A stretch of 63,776 bases of DNA, filler included, from Octopus bimaculoides (GCF_001194135.2; 6 parts of 6 records of this genome joined end to end with filler, not necessarily neighbours in it), one strand, 5' to 3'; positions 12,300-23,687 are shown, numbered from the whole stretch's first letter. Translations and numbers: made by a program. Notes: generated by a model not told the origin, from the letters alone.

Positions 12300-12525
12300 A
12301 GAGTATTGTTGTTCGCTTGAAGCATTGTGTATTGTTTGTATAGATTAAAAAGTTTTGAATGGTACAACAATACACTATAATACAAAAAATGGACTATATA
12401 CCTGAAGAAAGAGGTGTATTCCGAAACATCATCGGACCTATGGATAACTAAATTACAACAGGTATATAGTCCATTTGTTGCATTTATAGTGCATTGTTGT
12501 ACCATCCAAAACGTTTTATTCTTTA
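12297..12525. mobile_element. Family F inverted-arm element with hammerhead-like centre
   Basis: Arms aaaaatggactatatacctg / caggtatatagtccattt with extended flanks, same family as 17974-18190. Centre reads CTGAAGA...TTCC-GAAAC-ATC. Confidence 0.6.
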
Positions 12526-12549
12526 TATATATATATATATATATATATA

Positions 12550-12999
12550 TCAAACAATAAGCAACACGGATTTCAAAAGTGATTGCAGTACGTACGTTTC
12601 NNNNNNNNNNNNNNNNNNNNNNNNNNNNNNNNNNNNNNNNNNNNNNNNNNNNNNNNNNNNNNNNNNNNNNNNNNNNNNNNNNNNNNNNNNNNNNNNNNNN
12701 NNNNNNNNNNNNNNNNNNNNNNNNNNNNNNNNNNNNNNNNNNNNNNNNNNNNNNNNNNNNNNNNNNNNNNNNNNNNNNNNNNNNNNNNNNNNNNNNNNNN
12801 NNNNNNNNNNNNNNNNNNNNNNNNNNNNNNNNNNNNNNNNNNNNNNNNNNNNNNNNNNNNNNNNNNNNNNNNNNNNNNNNNNNNNNNNNNNNNNNNNNNN
12901 NNNNNNNNNNNNNNNNNNNNNNNNNNNNNNNNNNNNNNNNNNNNNNNNNNNNNNNNNNNNNNNNNNNNNNNNNNNNNNNNNNNNNNNNNNNNNNNNNNN

Positions 13000-13040
<41 letters not shown>

Positions 13041-13520
13041 GAAAACAAAAAAAATGGAACAAGAACATAACAGGTGACAACAAAACATCCACACAGTTTG
13101 CTGATGCAAAAAGGGACAGGCAAAACAAGGACGGGTCAATTGGAGCTTCCTGTCTTCAGTCGAGTTCCAGATCATCTTAGCAGTTTTGGCCAGTTACATT
13201 CAAGACTGCTCCAATATAGCCGGCCCCAAGAAAATCTAAGCTAAGAGCACTAGACTCCTTGGAAGAAAGCAAGTGAATGTATATGAAAACAAGGATGAAA
13301 ATAACGGAGAAATGGTATACAATTACAAATACAAACAACGGGACATCAATAACAGGTGTCTTTTGACTAAGAACGAATTAAATTAAGCTGGTGTGTGTGG
13401 AAGAGAAGCCTTATGGCAGGAACATAAGAGATGAAAATCATGGGAAGGAATATAAGAGATGTTATACGGATGGCAGTCAAATTAAGAAAGAAAGGTCAGG
13501 CTTGGTGGAACACCGGTCAC
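12550..13520. mobile_element. Family E hammerhead-bearing element, copy 2 (mirror image of copy 1)
   Basis: gcagtacgtacgtttc at 12585-12600 is the reverse complement of GAAACGTACGTACTGC and abuts an N-gap. The body at 13040-13520 matches 8380-8720. Confidence 0.7.
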
Positions 13521-13887
13521 ATGAAAGGAGAGGAGAGAGATAGGGGGAAGAGGGATTGAAGCATTAAGGAGAGACAAGAAAGAGAGAAAAGGAAAGGAAA
13601 GGGACAGAGTGAGGTAAAAGAGGAAGGAAAGTGAGAATGAAGGGAAGGCCAAGAAATGTGAGAGAGGGAGAGTGAGAAAAAGAAAAGTGAAAAGAATGAA
13701 GAAAGTGTGCAGGGGGCTAAAAGAAAGAGTAAAAGAGTCATACAGAATTTAGATATATATATATGTACTTACATATAGGAGACGAAAAGTGTATGTACGG
13801 CACTATATGTATATATAAAAAAGAAAATGAAAAATGGAGCAAGAATGTAACAGGTAACAACAAAATATCTGCACAGTTAGTCGATAC

Positions 13888-13934
<47 letters not shown>

Positions 13935-14089
13935 NNNNNNNNNNNNNNNNNNNNNNNNNNNNNNNNNNNNNNNNNNNNNNNNNNNNNNNNNNNNNNNNNN
14001 NNNNNNNNNNNNNNNNNNNNNNNNNNNNNNNNNNNNNNNNNNNNNNNNNNNNNNNNNNNNNNNNNNNNNATATATGTATGTATGTGTGT

Positions 14090-14800
14090 GTGCATTTGTG
14101 TCTGTGTTAGTGCCCTACCACTGACTGACAATTGGTGTTGGTGTGTTTACTTAGTGGTTCAGCAAAAGCAACCAACAGAATAAATGTCAGGCTTCAAAAG
14201 ATACATGCACACATACATACACACATACATACACACACATGTTCATGCCTATCTTCCTCTTATTCTTTTATTTGTTTCAGTCATTTGACTGCGTCCATGT
14301 TGGAGCACCGCCTTTAGTCGAACAAGTCGGCGCCAGGACTTATTCTTTGTAAGCCTAGTATTCATTCTATCAGTCTCTTTTGCCAAACTGCTAAGTTATG
14401 GGGACGTAAGCACACCAACGTCGGTTCAAGATTGATTGTCATCAGTTGTCAAGTGATGGTGGAGGGATAAACACAGACACGCAAATATATACATACATAT
14501 ATATGTACATAAGTATGTATGTATGTATGTATGTATATGTTTGTCCTTCCATCATTGCTTGACAACCGATGTTGGTGTGTTTACATCCCTATAACTTAGC
14601 AATTTGACAAAAGAGACCCCAAAATAAATATATATATACAACAGGCTTCTTTCAGTTTCTGGCTACCAAATCCACTTGTAAGGCTTTGGTCGACCCGAGG
14701 CTATAGTAAAAGACACTTTCCCTAAATGCCATGCAGTGGGATTGAAACCAGAACCATGTACTTGGGAAACAAGCTTCTTACCACACAGCTATGCCTATGC
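14090..14800. mobile_element. Cluster of SINE family A fragments in alternating orientation
   Basis: Plus fragment 14090-14200, minus 14260-14490, plus 14530-14620, minus head 14640-14800. Confidence 0.8.
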
Positions 14801-15279
14801 CTATCTATGTGTATATAATGTATGTATATATGCTCTGTGAGTGTGTGATAAGAATACAACCTGATTGAGGAATATTTCTGAGAATCTGAAATTTATCTAA
14901 ATTAAATAAAAATTCTCCAAAGAAATCATTGCAGTGATTTATGGCGCAATTTTAACCGAAATTCTTTTTCTTGCGAGAATTTACATGTATTAACATTTAT
15001 ATTTTCTTGAAAACTTAGATTTCTGTAAAAGATACTTAAGAATAACATAAAACAAAAAAAAAAGAAGCGAGCTATAAAACAAAATAGCAAAATTCCTTTA
15101 AAATATTCACAATTTATTTTTAAATATTTTCTTTAAAAAATTTCTTTTTAGTTTGTCAGTGCTTTCTTTTTGTTGTTGTTGTTTGTTTTTTGAGTGGGGT
15201 GGGGTGACAGAGAGGCGAGGGAATTTAAATGGGGGGAATATTTTCTTGGTTTGCGTGAGTAAAATTCTTTCACTTCCTT

Positions 15280-15725
15280 TCATGATGATGATGATGATGA
15301 TGATGAGAGGAGGAGGAGGAGGAAGAAGAGGATAATGCTGCTGATGATGAGGATGACGATGGTGGTAATGATGGTGCTGATGATTGAGACTGTGGTAATG
15401 GTGATGGTGCTAGTGGAGGAAGTGGTGAAAATCATTATGGTTGTCATGTTCATCCTCCTCCTCTTCATCATTTATATCATCATCATTATCACCATCACCA
15501 TCATCACCATCATAATCATCATCATCATTGTCATCGTTGTCGTCGTCATCATCATCATCATCATCACCATTGTCACCTTCATCATCATTGCTGTTATCAT
15601 AATTACAATCTCCATCATCATCTTCACAATCTACATCTACATATGTTTCGTCTATATTATCACCATCCCTTTCACCATCACCGCCATGATCGCTATCATT
15701 ATAATCCTCATCATCATCATCAAAT
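15280..15725. repeat. Cryptic (GAT)n then (CAT)n microsatellite
   Basis: Degenerate trinucleotide runs in opposite orientations. Confidence 0.9.
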
Positions 15726-16219
15726 GTTTGTCACAAAATGTAAAGACTATAAGACAATATATGTGTGTGGGTGTGTGTGGGGGTGTGGGGGTATGTATAT
15801 ATCTATCTATATANNNNNNNNNNNNNNNNNNNNNNNNNNNNNNNNNNNNNNNNNNNNTTAATTAATTAANNNNNNNNNNNNNNNNNNNNNNNNNNNNNNN
15901 NNNNNNNNNNNNNAGGCGAGATACGTAGTAGTACAGAGGAAGAACAAGAGGGGTAAGGCGAGATACGTAGTAGTACAGAGGAAGAATGAGGGGGGGGGAG
16001 AAAGGAAAGAGAAAGAGATAGAGTAGCGTCGGAGGATAAGTTTACGAACTACTTACAATTTTTGTGAGACGCTGCGTTCAATCATGTAAAAACAAAAGTA
16101 AATGAGTATATGCATATATACGTACAGGTATGTGCATACCGACATCCACCTGTATGTATAGGTGCATATCTGGGTACAGGACATTGCAAACAAACGTAGA
16201 CCGGGTTGGCATTAGAGAA

Positions 16220-16335
16220 TGATAGAGTAAGTACTAGGCTTACAAAGAATAAGTTCTATGGTCAATTGTTCGACTAAAGGTGGTGCTCCAGTATAGTCAC
16301 AGTCAAATGATTGAAACAAGTAAAAGAATAAAAGA
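16220..16335 (+). mobile_element. SINE family A tail
   Basis: gtaagtactaggcttacaaagaataag...ggtggtgctccag...gaaacaagtaaaaga. Confidence 0.8.
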
Positions 16336-16368
<33 letters not shown>

Positions 16369-16554
16369 AAGACAACTGAGAAGCATAAGCCAGAAGAAGC
16401 AGTGTGTCAGCCACAGACTGAAAGACAGGCCTTACCATGTTGCTCTTTCCATCCCAACATATGTATTACAAACATGAAAAATCCTTAAAGCCAAAGACAT
16501 ATTCAAACTAAAAATTTTGGAAATATCGTGTTTGCGTTCTATGCTAATGACATC

Positions 16555-16880
16555 ATCATCATCATCGTCGTTTAATGTTCGCTTTCCATGCTAGCATGGT
16601 TTGGACGATTTGACTGAGGACTGGTGAAACCGGATGGCTACACCAGGCTCCAATCTGATTTGGCAGAGTTTCTACAGCTGGATGCCCTTCCTAACACCAA
16701 CCACTCCGAGAATGTAGTGGGTGCTTTTACGTGCCACCAGCACAAAGGCCAGTCAGGCAGTACTGGCAACGGCCACGCTCAAAATGGTGTTTTTTACATG
16801 CCACCTGCACAGGAGCCAGTTCGGCGGCACTGGCAACGATCTCGCTCGAATGTCTTTACACGTGCCATCCGGCATTATCA
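16555..16880 (-). mobile_element. LINE-tail-like retroposon (family L2) with internal ~63 bp repeats
   Basis: ctggatgcccttcctaacaccaaccactcc, and three copies of tttac(g/a)tgcca...actggcaacg...gctc. Same family as 19945-20225 and 21300-21475. Confidence 0.75.
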
Positions 16881-16914
16881 AAGAAAAGTTATTCTCAAGA
16901 CTTAGGCGGTTATC

Positions 16915-17150
16915 ATCATCATCATTTAACATCCACTTTTCCATGCTTGCATGGTTCAGATGGAATTCGTGGAGGCAAAATTTTCAGTGACCAGATTCCC
17001 TTCCTGTCATCAAATCTCACCTGTTTCCAAGCAAGGTAATATTTCCTATGGTCAGACATTCTTTCCATGAAAGACTGGAAACGAACAGCATCGCTTGTAT
17101 GGTAGTCATACATGTTTACAACCATTACATGATGCCAAGACAAGGACGCA
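16915..17150 (-). mobile_element. Family L retroposon 3' end
   Basis: Reverse complement similarity to 9420-9640. (CAT)n tail at the left end. Confidence 0.7.
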
Positions 17151-17379
17151 CACGCATACAAACACACACACACACACACACACAGAAACATACATTTTGC
17201 AACTGTTGCACAAAAGAAATTAGTGAGTACACAAGTAATTAATATGAGCAGAAAAAGTTAGTTACTGAAAATATTGTAGCAATTAATAATTATAATTGCT
17301 AAGGTAATTATACATTCAGTACACACGTACTTTTGAAACAGGAAAGAAAATTGCACAACTTGAGATTTCTAAGCATACT

Positions 17380-17508
17380 CAACACCATCATCATCATCAC
17401 CATCATCCTCATCATCATCACCACTACCACCACCACCACCACTGCCACCACCACCACCACCACCACCACCACCACAACCAGCATCCTACCACCCCCACCA
17501 CCATCACC

Positions 17509-17560
<52 letters not shown>

Positions 17561-17625
17561 CAACCACCACCACCACCTCCTCCTCCAACAACAAAAACAC
17601 TACCACCATCAACAACAACACTATG
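17380..17625. repeat. (CAT/CAC)n compound microsatellite
   Basis: Direct trinucleotide runs. Confidence 0.95.
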
Positions 17626-17683
17626 ATGGTGGTAAGTGTGGAATCTTGTTTTATGATATAATACAAATCAATGTTTTGTCTAA

Positions 17684-17889
17684 CTCTTTTATTACCATAT
17701 TTCTGTTGAAATATGTTGCTGTTTTAATTTTGAAAATTTTAGTAAAATTAATTTCATCATAATTAAACTGGTGCTTAGAACCAAAATTAACATGAAACAT
17801 TAATAGAAGGTTTCAATTTAAATCACTTTAAAACAGAGAGTTTGTAACATAGAACAAGGTGCAATCTCAGGTGGTAGGTATCAAAACGG
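17684..17889. mobile_element. piggyBac-like MITE, decayed
   Basis: Ends ctaa|ctctttt-attacca and ggtatc-aaaacgg|ttaa approximate TTAA|CCCTTT...AAAGGG|TTAA. Confidence 0.45.
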
Positions 17890-17973
17890 TTAAGTACATG
17901 AATCATTAATTAATAAGTGATATTGCTAGTAATATAAGAGAGAGAAGTCATCTAGAAATGATTTTAATTATTA

Positions 17974-18149
17974 TAAAGAAGAAAAAGTTTAGGAAGGTAT
18001 ATCAATGCAATATAGAACAAAAAATGGACTGTATACCTGTTGTAACTTGGTAAACTGTAGGACTACAGTTTACCAAGTTACAACAGGTATACAGTCCATT
18101 TTTTGTTCTATATTGCATTGTTATACCTTCCTAAACTTTTTATTCTTTA
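17974..18149. repeat. Near-perfect 176 bp palindrome (family F)
   Basis: 87 bp arms at 17974-18060 and 18063-18149, 2 nt spacer (GA), two mismatches by manual comparison. Confidence 0.95.
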
Positions 18150-18324
18150 CAAACAATACACAATGCTTCAAGCGAACTACAATACTCTCCTATCTTTTAA
18201 TTATTATACTATTGTTTAAAAGAAATATAACAATTGCATTTTAAATTAGCATAGTCAGTCTCTTTAGCCATGTCAGAGACAACCTCTTTGATGCAAATGG
18301 ACACAGAACAATGACAGTCTAGAG

Positions 18325-19129
18325 CAGGGGTTCTCAACATTTTTAACTATGGATCCCCTTTCATTACTATTATATTCGAATGGACCCCCATAGTCATCCG
18401 ATGTTTAAAAACTAGTTTTATAGAAATTTCTTTCAAAATTCCTATTTTGTTCTTCACACGTTAACTTGTGTAGGTGGTTGAACTATATAAAATTTTTTAT
18501 TTTTCTACTCTAGGCACATGACCCGAAATTTGGGGGGAGGGGGGGGCAGTCGATTAGATCAACCCCAGTACACAACTGGTATTTAATTTATCGACCACAA
18601 AAGGATGAAAGGCAGAGTTGACCTCAGCAGAATTTGAACTCAGAACGTAAAGCCAGATGAAATACCGCTAAGCATTTCGCCCGGCATGCTAACATTTCTT
18701 ATTTCTTTACTGCCCACAAGGGGCTACATTAGAGGGGACAAACAAGGACAGACAAATGGATTAAGTCGATTATATTGACCCTGGTGCATAACTGGTACTT
18801 ATTTAATCGACCCCAAAAGGATGAAAGGCAAAGCTGACCTCAGCGGAATTTGAACTCAGAACGTAGCAGCAGACGAAATACCGCTAGGCATTTTGCCTGA
18901 CATGCTAACATTTCTGCCAGCTCGCCGCCTTTATTGAAATATGTAAAATGTCAGAAAAGAAACCTAGTCATTCCTTGCAATACACACCAATACAGACATC
19001 TAAAGCAAATTTTTTCAGGGGCCCTTAAAATGCTATTGTGGATATTCAATTTACTATTTTGTTGCATGGACTCCACAAAATCTTATATGGATCCTCAGGG
19101 GCAATATAGACTCCTGTTGAGAACCACTG
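18325..19129. mobile_element. hAT (Charlie-type) MITE containing two nested SINE B copies
   Basis: TIRs CAGGGGTTCTCAAC / GTTGAGAACCACTG. 8 bp flanks gtctagag / gtcttggg (6 of 8 match). SINE B (minus) at about 18510-18700 and 18700-18920. Confidence 0.85.
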
Positions 19130-19944
19130 GTCTTGGGTAAAGAGGATTCTTCTGTCTTGCTGAAGACAAGATGACCGTTCTAGTGCTGGCACTATAATGA
19201 AATGCACCTAGTACACTCTATTAAGCAGTTGGTGATAGGAAAATTATAAAACTGTAGAAACCAAGGCAAAAAATAAAGGGCATGAACAAGACGTAGTTCT
19301 GCCCCATCTAAGAGGACTGTAATTCTGAATATAAACTGACATAGACTATAACAACCTGTGCAGCCCTTCTCAGCCAGCTTGAAAAGCTGAAGCAAAAATG
19401 ATGATGTACAGTCATAGTGACACACTTGTAGACCAATTAGTGTAACTAAATGATTAATTAACATTATACTGTCTACATAAATATGTCAGGAAATGTAAGA
19501 GGAAAATAAATAGAACATACATGTATTAGCTGTTCATACTCATTATATATTATCATTATGTATAATATATTATATATTATTATGTATTATACATTATACA
19601 TCAGTTCCACACACTCGTAATATATAGTATATTATATATCAGGTTCACTGATGCATTAATTTTCATTATTCAATACACTATGCATTATACATCATGTCCA
19701 TACACTCATTACATACCATTATACATTGTATATTATACATCAGGTGCATGCATTCATTGTACATCAGCTCTAAACATTCAATTAACTGGCCATCTTGCTA
19801 CAGAATCACTCACTTAGAACTAACAACAACAGCAGCAGCAGTAGCAGCAGTAGCAGCAGTGACAGTAACAAGCTTTGCATAATTATAAAGTGACAAGAAA
19901 CATTTCTACATAGCTTATTATTTACATTGCAAGAAAGAGCAGCA

Positions 19945-20225
19945 AAACACCCCTCAAATCACACTTTACCTTCTGACTGGCCCTCATGTCAGTGGTACGT
20001 AAAAGCACCCACTACACTCTTGGAGTGGTTGGCGTTAAGACGGGCATCCAGCTGTAGAAACTCTGCCAGATCAGATTGGAGCCTGGTGCNNNNNNNNNNA
20101 AACTCTGCCAGATCAGATTGGAGCCTGGTGCAGCCATCTGGCTCACCAGTCCTCAATCAAACCGTCCAACCCATGCCAGCATGGAAAGCGGATGTTAAAC
20201 AACGACGATGATAATGATGACGATG
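19945..20225 (+). mobile_element. Family L2 retroposon 3' end with (GAT)n tail
   Basis: gtggttggcgttaagacgggcatccagctgtagaaactctgcc...ggaaagcggatgttaaacaacgacgatg. Confidence 0.8.
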
Positions 20226-20345
20226 ACGATGACAATGATGATGAAAATCATAATTAACTGATTCTCCTTTATTTTCTTTTACTAAAAGCCAGGAACTTTT
20301 CAGCACCCCCTCATATATATATATGCATATCTATATATTCACACA

Positions 20346-20565
20346 TGAGGGGGTACTGAAAAGTTCCTGGCTTTAAGGGTATTACAAAAGACCTGGCTGG
20401 AAGCCCCAACTTTCCAAGTTCTTTTTACAGAGCTTAAGAAAAACTGAAGGACCAATGCAATAAATATGTGAATCTAAGAGGGGAATATGTTGAATAAAAT
20501 CATAATTAACTGATCCTCCTCTATTATCTCTTACCCAAAGTCAGGAACTTTTCAGCACATACTCG
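20346..20565 (+). mobile_element. Mariner-derived MITE, plus a partial copy at about 20235-20320
   Basis: TIR (c)gagggggtactgaaaagttcctgg / caggaacttttcagcacatactcg|ta. Internal KYVNLRGEYVE* at 20462 resembles the mariner transposase C-terminus. Confidence 0.85.
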
Positions 20566-21212
20566 TAAAAGCTAAAAAATATATTGTAGTCGATTGCATG
20601 CATTCCTCCTCTCTATAATTATCTCTATAATGTGACAAACATCCACAGTCATCTGTATAATAACTACATTTAAAGCTGTTTCTCATTAATGAGTACCACA
20701 GGCACACATTTTACGGTAAGATACACTTTACACATTTACATTATCACACCCTCTGCTGTCGTACCCTTGCTCCTTTCATTCATCCACCCTGGCCTGTCAT
20801 CTCTCTCTCTCTCCCACTCGCGTTCTTTCTCTCAGTCATATTACCTGTGCAAAAGTATCCAGTAAATTACTGCCTACTCTTTTGTATTTACAGAGTGCAA
20901 GTCATACGGCTCCTCTTTTGGTGCTTCAATAGAACCTCCCTCCTCTATGAACCGCATACAGTAATTGGTAAGTGAACAGAGTCGTGTTGAGAGGTCACTT
21001 AGTCCAGTTTCACCAAGGGCTTAGTCCAGTTTCACCAAGGTAGGATGCAAGCAATTGACTACAACTACAATATATATANNNNNNNNNNNNNNNNNNNNNN
21101 NNNNNNNNNNNNNNNNNNNNNNNNNNNNNNNNNNNNNNNNNNNNNNNNNNNNNNNNNNNNNNNNNNNNNNNNNNNNNNNNNTATATATATGTATGTATGT
21201 ATGTATGTATAT

Positions 21213-21279
<67 letters not shown>

Positions 21280-21299
21280 AAAACATCATCATCATCATC

Positions 21300-21475
21300 A
21301 TCATCGTTTAACATTCGCTTTCTTTACTGACAGTTTGGCTGAGGACTGGCAAGCCAGGAGGTCTGCACCAGGCTCCAATCTGATCTACCAAGGTTTCTAC
21401 AGCTGGATGCCATTCCTAACGCCAACCACTCAGAGAGTGTAGTGGGTGCTTTTTACGTGCCACCAGCACTAGCAA
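21300..21475 (-). mobile_element. Family L2 retroposon 3' end
   Basis: ctacagctggatgccattcctaacgccaaccactc; (CAT)n tail on the left. Confidence 0.8.
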
Positions 21476-21529
21476 GGTAAGGAAAAGGAAGGTGACATGC
21501 ATTTTCAGTATATTTAAGTATGAAAGGAT

Positions 21530-22110
21530 GGCAAGCTGGCAGGATCATTAGCACACCAGGCAAAATGCTTAGCAGCATTTCATCCATCATTACATTAGGA
21601 GTTCAAATTCCACCAGGGTCAACTTTGCTTTTCATCTTTTTGGGGTCAATAAAATGGATCTAGGACTTTTCGTCTAAAGCACTTTGGTCTAATGCGCTAT
21701 GGTCTAAAGAACTTTGGTCTAAAGTAACTTTTGTATAAATACACTATAGTCTAAAGACATTTTTGTCTGAATGCCCTTTAGTATAAAGACATTTTTGTCT
21801 AAGCTCACTTTGGTCTAATAACTATTTTGTCTATAGAATCTCAAAAAACAAATGTAAAAGATCTAAATAACTATATTCTAATAATCCTTTTTATCTTTAG
21901 CAAAAAATGCTTAGATGAAAGTGTCTTTAGACGAAAATGTTTTTAGACCAAAGTGTCTAAGACTAAAGTGGTTTAGACCAAAGTGTTTTAGACCAAAGCG
22001 CCATATCCCGATAAAATATATACCAGTTCAGCCCTGGAGTCAGTATAAACGACTTACTTCTCCTCCCAAATTGCTGACCTTGTGCCAAAATTTGAAACCA
22101 ATATATTTAA
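21530..22110 (+). mobile_element. SINE family B, interrupted by the insertion at 21656-22008
   Basis: The SINE consensus ggggtcgataaaat-aagtaccag is split at the insertion point. Confidence 0.8.
21656..22008. mobile_element. Mutator/foldback-like MITE with modular ~15 bp subterminal repeats
   Basis: Ends GGATCTAGG / CCATATCC. 9 bp TSD caataaaat (21647-55) and cgataaaat (22009-17). Arrays of tttggtctaa on the left and ttagaccaaa on the right. Confidence 0.8.
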
Positions 22111-22561
22111 GCAAGTAAATATTTGTCACCTGTAGGGTACCCACAACATGACATGAGTGCAATATTCACTAATTAAATTTTATATAAATAGAATTCAAAA
22201 CTCAAAGCAATAATATAACAAAACAAAACATAAACTGTGGTGAAGGATCACACAACAATTAATCAAATGACAGAATATTGGTTCCATTAAATGCAAAGAG
22301 GTTTAATGGAACTGCTCATTCTATCAAACGTAAGCAAGTTGACAGTTTGTAAAGATTGTGAACGAAGCGATGAAAATACCTGATGGGAAATGTTCCTGAT
22401 GTAATTAAATTTATGTATTTTGAGGTGATTTTTACCTTAACCTAATGAAGTGGATTATGAAGGCACATGGCTCTGTGGCTACAGTATTGGGATTACAGTC
22501 GCGAGGTTGTAAGTTTGTTTCTCAAGCTGGGCTGTGTTCTTGAGCAAGACACTTTATTTCA

Positions 22562-22947
22562 TACAGTTCTATATTTAAGAGATGAGGAATTATGTACATT
22601 ATTTACATTATTTACATTCGACGGATATTTGTCCTCATCTTGTTTGTTGTTAACACAACGTTTCGGCTGATATACCCTCCGACTTTCTTATATACCCTCC
22701 GGCCCACGGGCATATGGCGTAGTGGTTAAGAGTGCTGGCTACTAACCCCAAGATTCCAAGTTCAATTCCAAGCAGTGACCTGAGCAATAATAATAATAAT
22801 TACAACATCAAAGAATACCTTAGGAATGAGAACCCAGGTTCGAAATTTCCCCAAGACACCTGAAGAAGGCTGGAGGGTATATCAGCCGAAACATTGTGTT
22901 AACAACAAACAAGATGAGGTCAAATATCCGTCAAATGTAAATAATGT
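22562..22947. mobile_element. Family H element: inverted arm + tRNA-like head + hammerhead tail
   Basis: 11 bp TSD actttatttca at 22551-61 and 22948-58. Minus arm about 22562-22680. Head tggcgtagtggttaag...agttcaattcc at about 22709-22780. Hammerhead core at 22855-22900. Confidence 0.85.
22855..22900 (+). ncRNA. Minimal type I hammerhead, one substitution in stem III
   Basis: GACAC-CTGAAGA-A-GGCTG-N10-CAGCC-GAAAC-AT-T-GTGTT. The inverted partner arm retains GAAAC-GT-T-GTGTT. Confidence 0.6.
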
Positions 22948-23572
22948 ACTTTATTTCATGTTGCTCCATTTCACTTAGCTGTAGAAATGAGTTGCAATGT
23001 CACTGGTGCCAAGCTGTATCAGCATTTGCCTTTTCCCTTGGATAATATTGGTGCCATGGAGAGGGGAGGCTGGTATGCATGGACAACTGCTAGTCTTCCA
23101 CTAAGCCACCTTGCCTGGAGGGGAAGTTTTTAGGTGCAACCTAAAGGGGGTCTTTACCTTTTACCCAATGAAGTAGATTAAAAAAAAGCAGAGAAACCAG
23201 AAATATATAAGACAAAAAGAATTACTTTGCTAAATACTTGTTTTAGATATTTTAACCAACACAATCCTGCTTATATGACAACAGGAAAGCAATCTTTAAG
23301 ATATCAATCTCCTAATCTCTAAATGATATTTTTATATGATTTAGCTGTTAGCTGTTAATAATTTATACATAGATTCAGTCTCCAAGTATATGCCATAATC
23401 GAGTAACTAACTAATCTAGGCCATATTAATCTAGTTATTTCAAGGACAAGATTTAAGCTGACAGCATGAAGTAGCTTTCACAAAGGAAATCACAACAGTC
23501 TGAAGTCAGTAGTACGCATTGGAATCCACAGATGAAATTTTGTTTCCAAGATACACACTGTTGTCACTGTGC

Positions 23573-23632
<60 letters not shown>

Positions 23633-23687
23633 CATTATTATTATCATTATTATTATCATCATCATTATTATTATTATTGTTATTGTT

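Larger units (their letters stand above)
22462..23150 (+). mobile_element. SINE family C (tRNA head, CORE-like domain), interrupted by the insertion at 22562-22947
   Basis: gtgttcttgagcaagacactttatttca...tgttgctccatttcacttagctgtagaaatgagttgc. Same family as 34000 and 50166. Confidence 0.8.

Noticed and set aside
16690-16870. Roughly 63 bp periodic repeats, and short tandem duplications at 15914, 21000, 41195, 49800, 55400
   Set aside because: Internal repeats of a retroposon or local slippage duplications. No constant repeat with unique spacers, so not CRISPR-like.
20060-20135. Direct duplication across a 10 N gap
   Set aside because: Typical unmerged contig overlap.
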